In this document: piece by piece, positions 49,101 to 58,423 of the stretch
Layout: each line of letters begins with the position of its first letter
Position numbering within the stretch: position 1 is the first letter of the stretch
Assembly (NCBI GenBank): GCA_965223425.1
Contig: OZ245003.1
Coordinates: forward strand, 2,176,001-2,240,000
DNA: 64,000 bases
Direction: 5' to 3'
Source of the DNA: Nitrosopumilus sp.
Lineage (GTDB): Archaea; Thermoproteota; Nitrososphaeria; Nitrososphaerales; Nitrosopumilaceae
Notes under the pieces: model-generated
The model's database searches: none
What the model saw: only the letters and a program-made list of their open reading frames with translations
What the model was told of the DNA's origin: nothing
Program-made: the position numbers and the translations under genes

Positions 49101-51762
49101 CAGCGTGGAGATTGTCGTCGTTATCACCTGCATGCACAGTAGCATTAACAGGCGTTACTGCTGAGGGGGCCACAGACAGCGCAAAGTCGCCGGGAGCGAC
49201 ACCGGCGTCAGCTACTGCCTCTGAAAGCCCGATGTGAATGGCAGTGGAGTTGGACGTGCGGGCAGACTTTGGTATGGGGGGCGCCATATCTATGGTTCCA
49301 TCAAAGGTCCCCGTGTGCGCGGCGTTCCCGTTGGTGTCCTCCACGCTTCCTCCGGATTCAGAATCATACGTGATGTCAGGCGGATCGGCAGTGAAGCCGT
49401 TACGCCCGGAGATGCCAAGCGTTATCTGGTTGGCGGCGCCTGCGGGATCCGAGTTGAAATGTACTGTTCCACCTCCGGCAGACAGCCCGAACCCGGAGCC
49501 GTCAGTCGCATCAGACTTTACGTCGACTGGCTCGCTGTAGGTCAGGACTATGGTGCCTGCCCCGAGCAGGGCGGCATCAACAATTACGGGTGACACCGTA
49601 TCGCGGACTGTAACCGGGCGGACCACGGGGCCTGTGTGAATGTTGGTGTCTGGATCAGTACAGTAGTAGCTGACCTCGTAGAAGCCCACGGTGAGTGCGT
49701 CAACTGGTGCGGTAAAGTTTATCACGAGGTTCTCCGGGGAGAGCGTGTCATCGCCTGCACCGTCAATGCATACGGCGCCCGGCTCGTCGTATCCGGAGCC
49801 CCACTCCACAAAGTACGGGCTGTCGCCGTTTAGCGTGATTGCGGGGGGCCTTGGATCAAATATTATTACGGTCTCAGTTATTGTGTGCGAGTTGCCAGAG
49901 GCATCAGTGACGGTGTATGTGACGTAGTAGGTTCCAGGACTGTCCGTATCTACTGCGTCGGCGTTCTCTGTGCTCTGGGTGGTCTGGTCGCGGTCAGTCA
50001 CGTTTAGGATCGTGCCTGCAACGTATATGCCCCCAAGGTTTATGGTGGTGGTATAGTCTGCGTCGTGCTCATCGACTACAAATGCGGGCTTTACGGTGTC
50101 GCGGACTGCGACTTTGCGGATCATGGTGTCGGCCCTGCTGCTGTCGCTGCCGCTGTCATCTGCTGCACAGTCGTAGATAACTTGGTACTCCCCCACGGCA
50201 AGCCTGTTGACACTGCCGCTGTTTATGATGACTTTGCTTGTTAGGTCGGTGCCGTCTGCATCATTACACGTGGCCCCGGACTCTATGTCTGTATAGTTGG
50301 CGCCGCCAAGCTCCATCTGCTGCGGGTTCACACCGAAAAGTTTGATTACTGGCGTGGTCTGGCCTGCAACAGAACTTGCCGAGATGTCTATTATCTGGAC
50401 GCCGTTGTCACCTTGTGACGCGACCAGGGCGTAGATACTGGTGCCGATAGTTACTGTGGTGATGCCTCGTGGGGCGTCAAGCACGTCAAATGTCCTGTTT
50501 GCACCGGCGATTGGAACAGTATCTCCGTCACCAAAGGAGGCTGTCGGGAAGGGGTTTGAGGAATTGGTAATGTTGATTATCTGGACGCCGTCGTCACTGG
50601 TTCCTGTAGCCAGGGCGTACGTGCTGGTGCCTATCTCTACTGTAGTGATACTATCTACGCGGTTAAGCTCGTCATATGTCCTGGTTGCATTGCCGACCAT
50701 GACGGTTTCCCCCTCACCAAAGGAGGCTGTCGGGACGGGGTTTGCGGGATCTGTAATGTCGACTATCTGAACGCCTAAGTCATTCCATGCTGCGACTAGG
50801 GCGTACGTGCTGGTACCGATAGTTACTGCGGTGATGTCATTTGCAAATGCAAGCTTGTCAAATTTCTTGGTTACATTGCCGACCATGACGGTGTCCCCTT
50901 TATCAAAGGAGGCAGTCGGAACGGGGTTTGCGGGATCTGTAATGTCGATTATCTGGACGCCGTTGTCAAGGAATGCTGCGACCAGGGCGTACGTGCTGGA
51001 GTCTATATCCACTGTGGTGATGCCTCGTGCATAGCTAAGCTCGTCAAATGTCTTGGTTGCATTGCCGACCATGACGCGATCCCCGTCACTAATGGAGGCT
51101 GTCGGGACGGGGTTTGCTGGATCTGTAATGTCGATTATCTGGACGCCGCTGTCTTCGTTTGCTGCGACCAAGGCGTACGTGCTGGAGTCTATCTTTACTG
51201 TGGTGATGTCATATCCGCCATGAAGCTCGTCAAATGTCTTGGTTTCTCCGTCGACTGTGACGGTGTCCCCGTCATCAAAGGAGGCAGTCGGAACGGGGTT
51301 TGCGGGATCTGTAATGTCGATTATCTGGACGCCTCTGCCAAAGGATGTTACGACCAGAGCGTACATGCTGGAGTCTATATCCACTGTGGTGATGCCTCGT
51401 GGGGAGTCAAGCTCGTCAAATGTCCTAGTTTCCCCGTCGACTGTGACGGTGTCCCCGTCATCAAAGGAGGCAGTCGGAACGGGGTTTGCGGGATCTGTAA
51501 TGTCGATTATCTGGACGCCTTGGTCAGTGGTTGCTACGACCAGGGCATACGTGCTGGTGCCTATCTTTACTGTGGTGATGTCATATGCTTCATCAAGCTC
51601 GTCAAATGTCTTCCCGTTGGAATGTCTCTGATCTTCAGTGATAGAGGCTACTGGAACAGGCGAATCTATCGTGGCTTCCGCAAAGGGGATGCAAAGGGGA
51701 ATCAGAAGAACAAGTGCTGTTGCTGCTGTTGCAAGCAATGGCGGTTTTATCAATCGTCGCAA
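43144..51762 (-). CDS. Giant secreted/surface protein (2872 aa): signal peptide, LVIVD-type propeller, many DUF5011/Ig-like and PKD-like domains, second propeller, low-complexity linker, thaumarchaeal-type C-terminal domain
   Basis: Repeats YALV...GVQIIDITDPANP; AFS.DGT blades; TITY.C.D modules; IPPYFKQTAKW...EFVAALSYL C-terminus. Confidence 0.9.
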   Translation of the reverse strand: MRRLIKPPLLATAATALVLLIPLCIPFAEATIDSPVPVASITEDQRHSNGKTFDELDEAYDITTVKIGTSTYALVVATTDQGVQIIDITDPANPVPTASFDDGDTVTVDGETRTFDELDSPRGITTVDIDSSMYALVVTSFGRGVQIIDITDPANPVPTASFDDGDTVTVDGETKTFDELHGGYDITTVKIDSSTYALVAANEDSGVQIIDITDPANPVPTASISDGDRVMVGNATKTFDELSYARGITTVDIDSSTYALVAAFLDNGVQIIDITDPANPVPTASFDKGDTVMVGNVTKKFDKLAFANDITAVTIGTSTYALVAAWNDLGVQIVDITDPANPVPTASFGEGETVMVGNATRTYDELNRVDSITTVEIGTSTYALATGTSDDGVQIINITNSSNPFPTASFGDGDTVPIAGANRTFDVLDAPRGITTVTIGTSIYALVASQGDNGVQIIDISASSVAGQTTPVIKLFGVNPQQMELGGANYTDIESGATCNDADGTDLTSKVIINSGSVNRLAVGEYQVIYDCAADDSGSDSSRADTMIRKVAVRDTVKPAFVVDEHDADYTTTINLGGIYVAGTILNVTDRDQTTQSTENADAVDTDSPGTYYVTYTVTDASGNSHTITETVIIFDPRPPAITLNGDSPYFVEWGSGYDEPGAVCIDGAGDDTLSPENLVINFTAPVDALTVGFYEVSYYCTDPDTNIHTGPVVRPVTVRDTVSPVIVDAALLGAGTIVLTYSEPVDVKSDATDGSGFGLSAGGGTVHFNSDPAGAANQITLGISGRNGFTADPPDITYDSESGGSVEDTNGNAAHTGTFDGTIDMAPPIPKSARTSNSTAIHIGLSEAVADAGVAPGDFALSVAPSAVTPVNATVHAGDNDDNLHAAPHAASVSVDGSRITLLLNGTLHGNQDVKVSYQKGGSIGSGTGSGGTINDLSGGTTLAGSVPIGQQADFPVAMTLSKDGTTIFVLDFFNNLHAYGLPAPWDTSGASHAYTTPLSSLIPPIPVNSTVTVNPETYMAGLAFSDDGTRLFATDALDGSVIHEFAFSSPWNASAESFSSYTAHSLSLSGIGPNTDLRGIAFSPDGTTMYIASDRNDQIHEFSLTDAWNASSAFLTPHSISAQGPRADAADVTAGIAFSADGSRMFVAVPDKNLINEFALSEAWNISSAAHAGSFSPGPSVFSVLPPGSLSFVDVELPFEPSDVAFSADGTSMFVLDESAGDDFPDSVSGLTPAVKGYALAPPAKPFDPGALPNQLGSFGLREVQNTLPVARAGPDVFAYTNTAVSLDGTGSYDANGDTLAYLWEQTGGPGNVALDDHTLQKPAFIAPAVADSGPPIVLEFTLTVSDETGNADRDTVAVTVLAGVGTPAIVSASVVSATQFEIVYNKAVHGNSTDYTNLVIDGRGQTVGVVAGTGTATHTVSYSPSDTTATTTATTATDATGTVDIGAGITDAHVPDISLVPVVGQTLSDGVAPTLVSARTGPASNQIDVTFSEAVRSGASDDFVGWSVSLGDNNDNYNTVITVTGLDGTRSTATLTLQKPVMPSDATPDVTYDAAAGSVSDAAGNALATATVTATAGHPAGLHIHLIGDAFLYHPYGEPYTDEGVLCHDADGNDITDTGDYETLPYLRQLNQTVDGERLGVDVNLHENTVLNFTHQSQNEYRPFDPQEVIYRCVTPLGSVEEGRTVALRDETPPEIRLNGPRDVDLEIGETFDDTATCTDAPLESQMELLNAAFYLTFTNSSLPDGYQDTAGEHTITYTCSDSKGNDAETSRTLHVGTPDNTPPVLAVNPGIVTTLANGTHVVRQDVGFAAAGDGGGLQSAVSCTDNRDDTPAITLDPATVDTSSAGTHTITYSCTDAAGNPSNTVTVTWDFGPAAPVLAVTPADTAVTLAINASYSIPAASCTDHKDGDITNTGILTAISSGGQPVDEIDTSSAGTYDITYSCSDSDGNTVEHNVTVTIRAATTDNTPPHIVLKSPPLTLFVPAGAAFADADPGAFCIDGQDGRTDEGIDVDATALDTAVLGNHTVTYSCTDSGGLRSDTISRPVSVYGFTVNGNIADFATDITTSDVYEPYAILDITNIKNPVNSTKYRDTTGQETAVPFNGTTLQAGTWSVTYAVSGRDDVSNPINFEIEETITVATATAPPDDNVTPTARISAPATADEGATVTLDGTGSTDTDGTISSYAWTTNDTSITITNPSQATASFTAPNVTKDTRLVITLDVTDNKNAPGSAQHTMTITNVNQLPDGTPDTTPPTFTVDGNAVDFATSLTEGQTYTEGTIGNIIEADSPPTDQGTRYYNGTGDAATIITAENEIDSIDNTQPAVGSYTVQYSVSDSAVPPNTHTITETVTVGEASVIAPPPPPSPPSNTPPTITLNGNSTVTVKESLPGEEDPLYDDPGATCTDSEDADAEGYPELKTGGDTVRTSVPGTYAITYHCLDSDGDTSETLTREVTVTEEKPKLALDGPNLVSLPIGASSDMINNINLNATCTDPQEGTINDRIEVQLLFGNNQTSIDTINDISDIRNQIKTDQRVTYEIKYSCTDRNDGRSAEPAIIKVEVGRSGGGSSGDVSAPSIRTGFDAGQYPLVYDGVKYGPDTIDSPHTATIRAGSGERLLSTLTVYENGGAQNVRHVDMFVAHNGRTIHNDGTETHVTYDSGNVRITDPHGLIASATVDASAIDATKAQFEFAITFAKKVPLSDVLYRLWDTSRNALYIHLEDALVVSEGRKGGSSSGGSGSSGGGGGGGSSSSSSTATPATGSGNGTTTTTTTTAGNGTAADTADKQQPQPQQPRQGFTAEQLDTLKQWGGFASQSASDSQLLAQFGIEGTSIPPYFKQTAKWFLDADDGGDGLTAQEFVAALSYLGQRGLLN
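43380..43575 (-). repeat. Trinucleotide-rich low-complexity G/S, T and Q/P linker
   Basis: GGSSSGGSGSSGGGGGGGSSSSSST...TTTTTTT...QQPQPQQ. Confidence 0.8.
50385..51660 (-). repeat. 7 x ~186-bp LVIVD-like coding repeats
   Basis: Homologous to 18285-19545 but more diverged from one another. Confidence 0.88.
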
Positions 51763-51975
51763 CTGTCAGACTCTCCTGTCCTCTTCTTCTTCTCTTACCA
51801 TTACTGCTGCTAATCCTTCCACCCCCCCCCCCGATGTCAGGCAACATTGTGGCAGGGAAGGCAAGACTACAGCAGGAATGACAGAGGCGCAATACGGCTA
51901 GCGACGGCTTCTTGAAAGCAGATAACTGAAAGGTGTGGTTCAACAACAAGATGTTTTTAAGATCGTATTTATAAA
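51763..51975 (-). promoter_or_regulatory. Conserved long 5' leader of giant gene 2 with G11 tract; TTTATAAATA box near 51966-51975
   Basis: Near-identical to 20282-20500; C11 on + strand at 51822-51832. Confidence 0.7.
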
Positions 51976-51995
51976 TTTGGTTTGGCTTGAGATCG

Positions 51996-52634
51996 TCAGG
52001 CATGGTACGAGGCGTGGCTGTGCCTTGAGGCATTGACAAGGTTAACAAAATACACGTGTAATGAAATATCCTCGGTGAGTTCGGGATGAAAGGAAGTACC
52101 AATCACATTTCCCTTTTTGACGGCAACTATTCTTTCATTAAATTTTGAGAGGACTTTGACATCAGGACCGACATCAGAAACAGACGGCGCCCTGATAAAG
52201 ACTCCAGCAAATTTTGGAATGCCAATCGAGTCCATTGACACGTCGGCCTCAAAGGATTCGCGCTGTCGTCCAAAGGAATTCCTTTCTAGTTTGATGTCAA
52301 GGATGCCCAACAGGGGCTGACCGGTTTTTCCCATTACACGATCATCGGCAGTCTTTGATAGCATGATCATGCCGGCACAAATTCCAAGCGTAGGCATTCC
52401 GTTCTCGATCTTCTCTTTTAAAACCCTCAACGAGCCGTTTACCAAAGAAAGTTGTCCGATAGTGGTACTTTCACCACCAGGCATTATCAACCCATCTAGC
52501 TGAGAGATTTCTTCAGGAGTTTTTACATCAGTTACTTTTCCATCGATACCTAGATCATTGAGGGCAGAGCGAGTAGACCGGAGATTTTCTTGAACGTCAC
52601 CCTGAATAGATAAAACTCCAACGTTAAGACTCAT
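51996..52634 (-). CDS. pdxT: PLP synthase glutaminase subunit
   Basis: PGGESTT, GICAGMI, RNSFGRQ and FHPEL motifs. Confidence 0.96.
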   Translation of the reverse strand: MSLNVGVLSIQGDVQENLRSTRSALNDLGIDGKVTDVKTPEEISQLDGLIMPGGESTTIGQLSLVNGSLRVLKEKIENGMPTLGICAGMIMLSKTADDRVMGKTGQPLLGILDIKLERNSFGRQRESFEADVSMDSIGIPKFAGVFIRAPSVSDVGPDVKVLSKFNERIVAVKKGNVIGTSFHPELTEDISLHVYFVNLVNASRHSHASYHA

Positions 52635-53599
52635 GAAGATCCGCCACGTTCTTGCATACGCAATTCTAAGGTATCTACATCCAATCCCAGCATAGACTGT
52701 CTTTCGTCAATCATTTTTTGGGCTTCTTTAACTTTGTCAGATTCGTTCCAAAAAGTGGTAGCCAGAACTATTGCCCGTGCCCTTTCCTTTGCATCATCAG
52801 CATTAAAAATTCCAGAGCCGACGAAAATTCCGTCACATCCAAGAGACATAAGATATGCCGCATCTGCAGGGGTTGCAATTCCGCCTGCAGCAAAATTTAC
52901 AACAGGCAATCTTCCAAGTTTTGCAGTTTGTTCAACAATATCATATGACACTTTGAATTCTCTTGCCGTTCTTACCAAATCTTGATTATCTCCAGAATCA
53001 TAAATTGATTTTATTGTTCTTAGTTCGTCATTAACTTTTTTGATATGAGTAACAGCTTCTGCAACATTTCCTGTTCCGGGTTCTCCCTTTGTTCTAATCA
53101 TGGCTGCACCTTCTTCGATTCTTCGCAAAGCTTCGGCCAAGGATCTTGCACCATTTACAAAGGGCGTTGTAAAATCCCATTTCCAAATGTGATGAGACTC
53201 GTCAGCGGGAGTTAAAACCTCAGATTCATCAATCATGTCAACGCCAGTTTCCTGTAGAACTAGCGCCTCATTGACGTGGCCAATTCTACATTTAGCCATG
53301 ACGGGTATTGTTACTGAGCTCATAATTTCTTCAATAATTCTAATACTTGCAGTACGCGCAACGCCTCCTGCTTTTCTAACTTCAGATGGGAGTTTGTCCA
53401 AAACCATTACAGAGACTGCTCCGGCCTCCTCGGCAGTTTGAGCTTGTTCTACAGTTGTAACATCCATTACTACCCCGTTCTTCAACATATGGGCAAGACC
53501 ACGTTTAACAGTAGATGAACCACGCAGGATATCAGCAGAGTCTGCCTTTTCAGAAACTATACCTTTAGCATCATCTCGTTCACCAGATAATGGAAGCAT
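52631..53599 (-). CDS. pdxS: PLP synthase lyase subunit
   Basis: [24 protein letters not shown] and [12 protein letters not shown] motifs. Confidence 0.97.
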   Translation of the reverse strand: MLPLSGERDDAKGIVSEKADSADILRGSSTVKRGLAHMLKNGVVMDVTTVEQAQTAEEAGAVSVMVLDKLPSEVRKAGGVARTASIRIIEEIMSSVTIPVMAKCRIGHVNEALVLQETGVDMIDESEVLTPADESHHIWKWDFTTPFVNGARSLAEALRRIEEGAAMIRTKGEPGTGNVAEAVTHIKKVNDELRTIKSIYDSGDNQDLVRTAREFKVSYDIVEQTAKLGRLPVVNFAAGGIATPADAAYLMSLGCDGIFVGSGIFNADDAKERARAIVLATTFWNESDKVKEAQKMIDERQSMLGLDVDTLELRMQERGGSS

Positions 53600-53629
53600 G
53601 TTCTAATTTTCACTAGAGGCTATTTGTAC

Positions 53630-54163
53630 CTATTCACCAATGTTAGATACGATTTGATCTAGTTCGGATTCAACCATAGTGATTATTGGCGGAATGAATT
53701 GTGCTGTAGCGTTTTGTTCAGGCCAGTGGATTTGGTTGACTCGTCCGTTAAGAGTTACCTTAACATTTGATTTTTGATAGTCAGTAACATTGTCTAGAAT
53801 CAGAAACGATTCTGATGGAATTGATATGAAGCCAGTTTCTTTGATTAACGCCTTTATTTTGTTAAGCTTTGTTTCATCTAATTTAGAACGAATATCAGGT
53901 TGGAGATATCCTTGTTCAGTTACAGAGTATTTCAAATCACCATTGTTTTTGATAAAAAGAATTTCGGTTTGTTGAGCACCTACTCGTTCTGTAATACCAT
54001 AAGAAATTTTCTTTAACTGGTGTTTGGTATATTCAATTTCAATATTATCGTAAGAATTTGCCGCAGAGATTGGAATTTCGTTTTTTGTAAGCAATGGAAC
54101 TGAAATTAAAAGTGCCACAATTACCGGAATGGCGCCTAACGCAAGATGAATTTTTTTTACCAT
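53630..54163 (-). CDS. Hypothetical membrane-anchored/secreted protein
   Basis: N-terminal hydrophobic segment. Confidence 0.7.
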   Translation of the reverse strand: MVKKIHLALGAIPVIVALLISVPLLTKNEIPISAANSYDNIEIEYTKHQLKKISYGITERVGAQQTEILFIKNNGDLKYSVTEQGYLQPDIRSKLDETKLNKIKALIKETGFISIPSESFLILDNVTDYQKSNVKVTLNGRVNQIHWPEQNATAQFIPPIITMVESELDQIVSNIGE

Positions 54164-54253
54164 GATTGATGATCAAGTGCAAATTCATGCTAATCTCAAT
54201 TAAATCTTGGTTAAAAATAACTTAAAATTCGAGTCTATTTCATTCTTGTTCGT

Positions 54254-54406
54254 GGGGTCGTAGCCTAGCCTGGTAGGGCGACAGTGTCTACGAATAGATC
54301 ACCGCTAAGGGCTCCAGAGGTAAACTAAGCTAAGCTGACTCACGGATGATGTAAGTTTGGAGCTGTAGTGACCCGTAGGTCGCCGGTTCGATTCCGGTCG
54401 GCCCCA
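54254..54406 (+). tRNA. tRNA-Trp(CCA) with two introns (~54283-54308 and ~54318-54370)
   Basis: Removing both inserts gives anticodon arm ACGGG-CTCCAGA-CCCGT; acceptor GGGGTCG/CGGCCCC; GGTTCGATTCC T-arm. Confidence 0.85.
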
Positions 54407-54417
54407 CGTTAAAAATT

Positions 54418-56685
54418 CTATTGATTATTTCTCAAAACATTCAGTGCAGAACCGGCTTTGAACCATTCAACTTGAGGTTTGTTGTATGAGTGGCTTAACA
54501 AAATTTCTTCTTTGGTTCCATCACTATGTGAGACAACACATTTGACTTGCCTGTGTGGTTCCAATCCATTCAAACCAAGTAAGCTGATTTTATCGTCTTC
54601 AAGAATTTTGTTGTAGTCTTCTGGATCACTGAAGGTTAGCGCCAAGATTCCCTGTTTCTTTAGATTAGTTTCATGTATTCTAGCCAGGCTTTTTGCAATA
54701 ACTGCAACGCATCCCAAATATCTTGGAGTCATTGCAGCATGCTCTCTGCTACTGCCCTCACCATAATTATTGTCGCCGATAATCCCCCATTTCATTTGTT
54801 TTTCTTTGTACTGTCTTGCAGTTTTTGAAAACGGCTCAAGTTGGTCGGTTAGAATATTCTTGCCATGGCCTACTTTATCGCTGAATGCATTAACTGCTCC
54901 TAATAACATATTATCGCTTAGATTATCCAGATGTCCTCGCAGAGACAGCCATGCACCTGCAGGAGAAATATGATCCGTGGTACATTTGCCACTAGCCTTT
55001 ACCATGATTGGTATTTCTTCATGGTCTTTTCCATCCCATTTTGGAAAAGGTTCCAAACGTTGCAGTCTCTTACTGTTAGGATCAATGATAACGTCAACAT
55101 CATCGGAATTCTCAGGCGGCGCAACAAAAATTCCTTCAGGTCTTACAAACCCCTCTTCAGGCACTTCTGGCGCAGGTTTTGGTGGTTCAAGTTTGAATGC
55201 TGTTCCATCAGATGCAGTTAACTCGTCTTTCAATGGATTAAAGGAGAGTTTTCCTCCCAAAGCTAAGGCAATGATCATTTCAGGACTTCCAATAAAATTC
55301 AAAGTACTTCGATGGCCGTCATTACGTCCAGGAAAATTTCTGTTAAATGTCGTGACAATGGTATTTGTTTGGTCTTCACCTAACTCAGGTCTGCTCCATT
55401 GGCCAATACAAGGACCGCAAGCATTTGCCAAAACAGTTGCGCCAATTTCTTTTAGAGAATCCATTTGGCCATCTCGCTCAATAGTCCCTCGAATTTGTTC
55501 AGAACCAGGAGTCACCAATAGAGGAATCTTAGCTTTGATTCCTTTTGCTTTTGCTTGTTCGGCCAAGTTTGCTGCCCGTGACATGTCTTCATAAGATGAA
55601 TTTGTGCAACTGCCAATTAGTGCAACAGAGATTGGATCAACATAGTCATTGGATTTTACATCATCAGCTAATTCGGAAATCGTTCTTGCCAAATCAGGAG
55701 TATGAGGTCCGACAATACGGGGTTCTAATTTTGAAAGGTTGATTTCAATAACTTGATCAAAGAAATTTTCAGGGTTTGTTTCTACTTTGGGATCGGCAAC
55801 AAGCGATTCTTTATTTTGGTTTGCTAACTCAGCTATGTCCCCTTTGTTGGTATATCTTAGATAGGTTTCCATTCTTTTGTCATAAGGGAAGACTGAACAA
55901 GTTGCACCAATTTCAGCCCCCATGTTGGTAACTGTGGCCTTGCCAGTACAGCTGATAGACTCGGTTCCAGGTCCGAAATACTCAACTATAGAATTAGTAC
56001 CGCCTGAAACTGTTAGTTCTTCGGCAACTTTGAGTATGATATCTTTTGGAGCTGTCCATCCATTTAGTTCTCCAGTCAGTTTTACACCGATTCGTTTGGG
56101 ATAAAGTAGCTCCCAAGGCATGCCTGCCATAGTTTCAGCTGCATCTAGTCCACCAACTCCAATGGCAATCATTCCAAGGCCACCAGCGTTTGGGGTATGA
56201 GAATCAGTACCAATCATCAATCCACCAGGAAATGCATAGTTTTCAAGAACCACTTGATGGATGATTCCAGCACCAGGCTTCCAAAAACCACATCCAAATT
56301 TTGCTGCAGCAGATTGCAGGAATTTGAAAACTTCGCTATTTTCATCAAGAGAAACTTTCATGTCAGCATCACCTTGAACTTCAGCTCTAATGAGATGATC
56401 ACAGTGTACAGTTGTTGGCAAAGCTGTTTGTTTAAGACCGGCCTGCATGAATTGAAGCATTACCATTTGACCTGTAACATCTTGTAATGCAACTCTATCA
56501 GGTTTGAGAAAAACATAGTCTTTTCCACCAACAAAACTTTTGTCAGTCATTTCGTTAAAATGGCCAGATAAAATTTTCTCAGTAAGTGTAAGTGGTTTTC
56601 CAACAATGTTTCTATATTTTACAATATTTTCTTTTAATTTCAGATATACTTTTGAAACAAGTTCAGAAGTAGTGTCAATTTCCAT
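54418..56685 (-). CDS. acnA: Aconitate hydratase
   Basis: HCDHL, GTDSHT, IGSCTNSS, ACGPCIG, TTDHISPAG and GSSREHAA motifs. Confidence 0.95.
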   Translation of the reverse strand: MEIDTTSELVSKVYLKLKENIVKYRNIVGKPLTLTEKILSGHFNEMTDKSFVGGKDYVFLKPDRVALQDVTGQMVMLQFMQAGLKQTALPTTVHCDHLIRAEVQGDADMKVSLDENSEVFKFLQSAAAKFGCGFWKPGAGIIHQVVLENYAFPGGLMIGTDSHTPNAGGLGMIAIGVGGLDAAETMAGMPWELLYPKRIGVKLTGELNGWTAPKDIILKVAEELTVSGGTNSIVEYFGPGTESISCTGKATVTNMGAEIGATCSVFPYDKRMETYLRYTNKGDIAELANQNKESLVADPKVETNPENFFDQVIEINLSKLEPRIVGPHTPDLARTISELADDVKSNDYVDPISVALIGSCTNSSYEDMSRAANLAEQAKAKGIKAKIPLLVTPGSEQIRGTIERDGQMDSLKEIGATVLANACGPCIGQWSRPELGEDQTNTIVTTFNRNFPGRNDGHRSTLNFIGSPEMIIALALGGKLSFNPLKDELTASDGTAFKLEPPKPAPEVPEEGFVRPEGIFVAPPENSDDVDVIIDPNSKRLQRLEPFPKWDGKDHEEIPIMVKASGKCTTDHISPAGAWLSLRGHLDNLSDNMLLGAVNAFSDKVGHGKNILTDQLEPFSKTARQYKEKQMKWGIIGDNNYGEGSSREHAAMTPRYLGCVAVIAKSLARIHETNLKKQGILALTFSDPEDYNKILEDDKISLLGLNGLEPHRQVKCVVSHSDGTKEEILLSHSYNKPQVEWFKAGSALNVLRNNQ

Positions 56686-56835
56686 ATGATGCGATAAATT
56701 TATCCCGAATTTAATATTTACAATTTAAAAATTAGAAAAAACATTCCAATAGGCATGCAAATTTCTTAACAATTATAAGCCAAAAGTAGCTTTCCAAGTG
56801 AGTGTTGTGGAGTTACAAGTTTTCTAAAGTGAGGT

Positions 56836-57474
56836 TTGAGTATGGTCAATAAGGGTTTTCCAAAATTTGGCATGTCACAAGCAGGAGCATTTGTTGCTGC
56901 GCTAAAAAACTACAATTTACCTGATTTTATTCTGGTATTAATTGCAAAAGAGTGCAAATCAGATCTTCTTGAAAGGGGCAGAATTGATGACAGATTACAG
57001 AGTATGAATGACGGGGCTTTGGAACTGTTACACAAAGTTTTTGTCGGGTGTGAAGAAGACAGCGCAGGAAAATACGCACAGTACAGATTCTATGCATACG
57101 TTTCAAGCATGTATCATAAATGCGAAGTTCTAGTAAATGAAACAATTCCAGGTGCAAAAGGTAAAAATCATAAAATTCCTGTTGCAGTAAAAAATAATGG
57201 AATGTACATTGCAGTTGCATATAACAAGGCAACTGGAAACCCTGTTAACAAAAAAGAGACAACCAGATTTTATGAAATGGTAGATGATATCAAGAAAGGT
57301 GAACATGGAACAATGCTTACTGATGCAATTTATGGCGCTTCAGTAGGTTTTAGAGGCGATGCGTTAGTAGAGCTTGAAAACTTGAGTAAATCAAGAAATG
57401 ATGATCCTGAAAATATGTTAAATTTTAAAACAGCAAACTTTGAAAATAATATTTATTCTGTCACAAAGTGTTAG
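56836..57474 (+). CDS. Conserved hypothetical protein
   Basis: 212-aa ORF with host-like composition. Confidence 0.7.
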   Translation: MSMVNKGFPKFGMSQAGAFVAALKNYNLPDFILVLIAKECKSDLLERGRIDDRLQSMNDGALELLHKVFVGCEEDSAGKYAQYRFYAYVSSMYHKCEVLVNETIPGAKGKNHKIPVAVKNNGMYIAVAYNKATGNPVNKKETTRFYEMVDDIKKGEHGTMLTDAIYGASVGFRGDALVELENLSKSRNDDPENMLNFKTANFENNIYSVTKC

Positions 57475-57480
57475 TTAGGA

Positions 57481-58050
57481 TTATTTTAGATTTAGCTGTG
57501 ATGTATCCATTGCCAAAAACATAGGCTTGCCATCAGTTTTTTGAAAGTTTTCATCAAACTGTTCAAATTCTAACTGTTCAAACAGGTGCTTTGTCCAAAT
57601 GTCATGAACTACCTGAATGAATTTTTTATGTCCGGCAATCCGTAACATCTCATGAAGCAATTCATGGGATACTGTAGTGCAGTTTTTTTCTGCAAGAAAT
57701 AACGTATCATGTGATTCTTTAAGTGGCTGCCAAAACACCATTCCAAAATTTTCAGCGTGATATCCCTCACAAGTACAATCAGTCCACAATGGTCGGAAAT
57801 GAGTCAGATAGAAATGGTAAATGTCTTTTCCTCGTTGTTCATGATCACGTACAAGAGTATTGGTATCAAGTCTTTGAAGAATGCTTCCAGGCTTTGTGAT
57901 TAATTCATCACATTGAATTTCATAGTCTTTTCCAAACTTTTCTTTAATCCATGCCTTGTAAAACTGGCCCATTTTTTTAACGTATTCAAATTCAAACTGA
58001 CGTTTTTCTCGATCTTCTTCTTTTACAACGAAAATAAAATGTAAAATCAT
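57481..58050 (-). CDS. Putative zinc metalloprotease-like protein
   Basis: SHELLHE (HExxH). Confidence 0.65.
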   Translation of the reverse strand: MILHFIFVVKEEDREKRQFEFEYVKKMGQFYKAWIKEKFGKDYEIQCDELITKPGSILQRLDTNTLVRDHEQRGKDIYHFYLTHFRPLWTDCTCEGYHAENFGMVFWQPLKESHDTLFLAEKNCTTVSHELLHEMLRIAGHKKFIQVVHDIWTKHLFEQLEFEQFDENFQKTDGKPMFLAMDTSQLNLK

Positions 58051-58068
58051 AGTAAGAAAAAGTGGGGT

Positions 58069-58308
58069 TTATGTTTGGCCTTCAATACCCATCAGGGTAA
58101 GGGTTGAACGAATCTTTTCAATTTTTCTGATCTTCCAAGTAATGGTTTCTCTAAGTTTTTCCACGGTATCAGACTCTATCTTGGCCAAAATATCGTATGC
58201 GCCAAAAGTTCCATGAACTTCTTTAACACCGTCCAGGCTCTTTAGTTGCTGAATTATAGCTTCTTCTGAACCTAGTTCACAGTTTATTAAAACATAAGCT
58301 GTTGCCAT
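58069..58308 (-). CDS. Lrp/AsnC ligand-binding (RAM) domain protein
   Basis: AYVLINCELG...GAYDILAKI...IRSTLTL. Confidence 0.9.
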   Translation of the reverse strand: MATAYVLINCELGSEEAIIQQLKSLDGVKEVHGTFGAYDILAKIESDTVEKLRETITWKIRKIEKIRSTLTLMGIEGQT

Positions 58309-58423
58309 GAATTAATTAAACAAATCGACTATATCAATGTGAAGACAGAGGCTCGAATCAGAAAAAGGCTGTTTGAGGAAGATGCAGTAAGGACAATAGC
58401 TGCATTGCCTGAAAAGTTGTTTT

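Noticed and set aside
41397-52004. 8-bp inverted CATGCCTG/CAGGCATG as termini of the second giant-gene island
   Set aside because: Too short and no flanking target duplication; no TIRs like those of locus 1 were found
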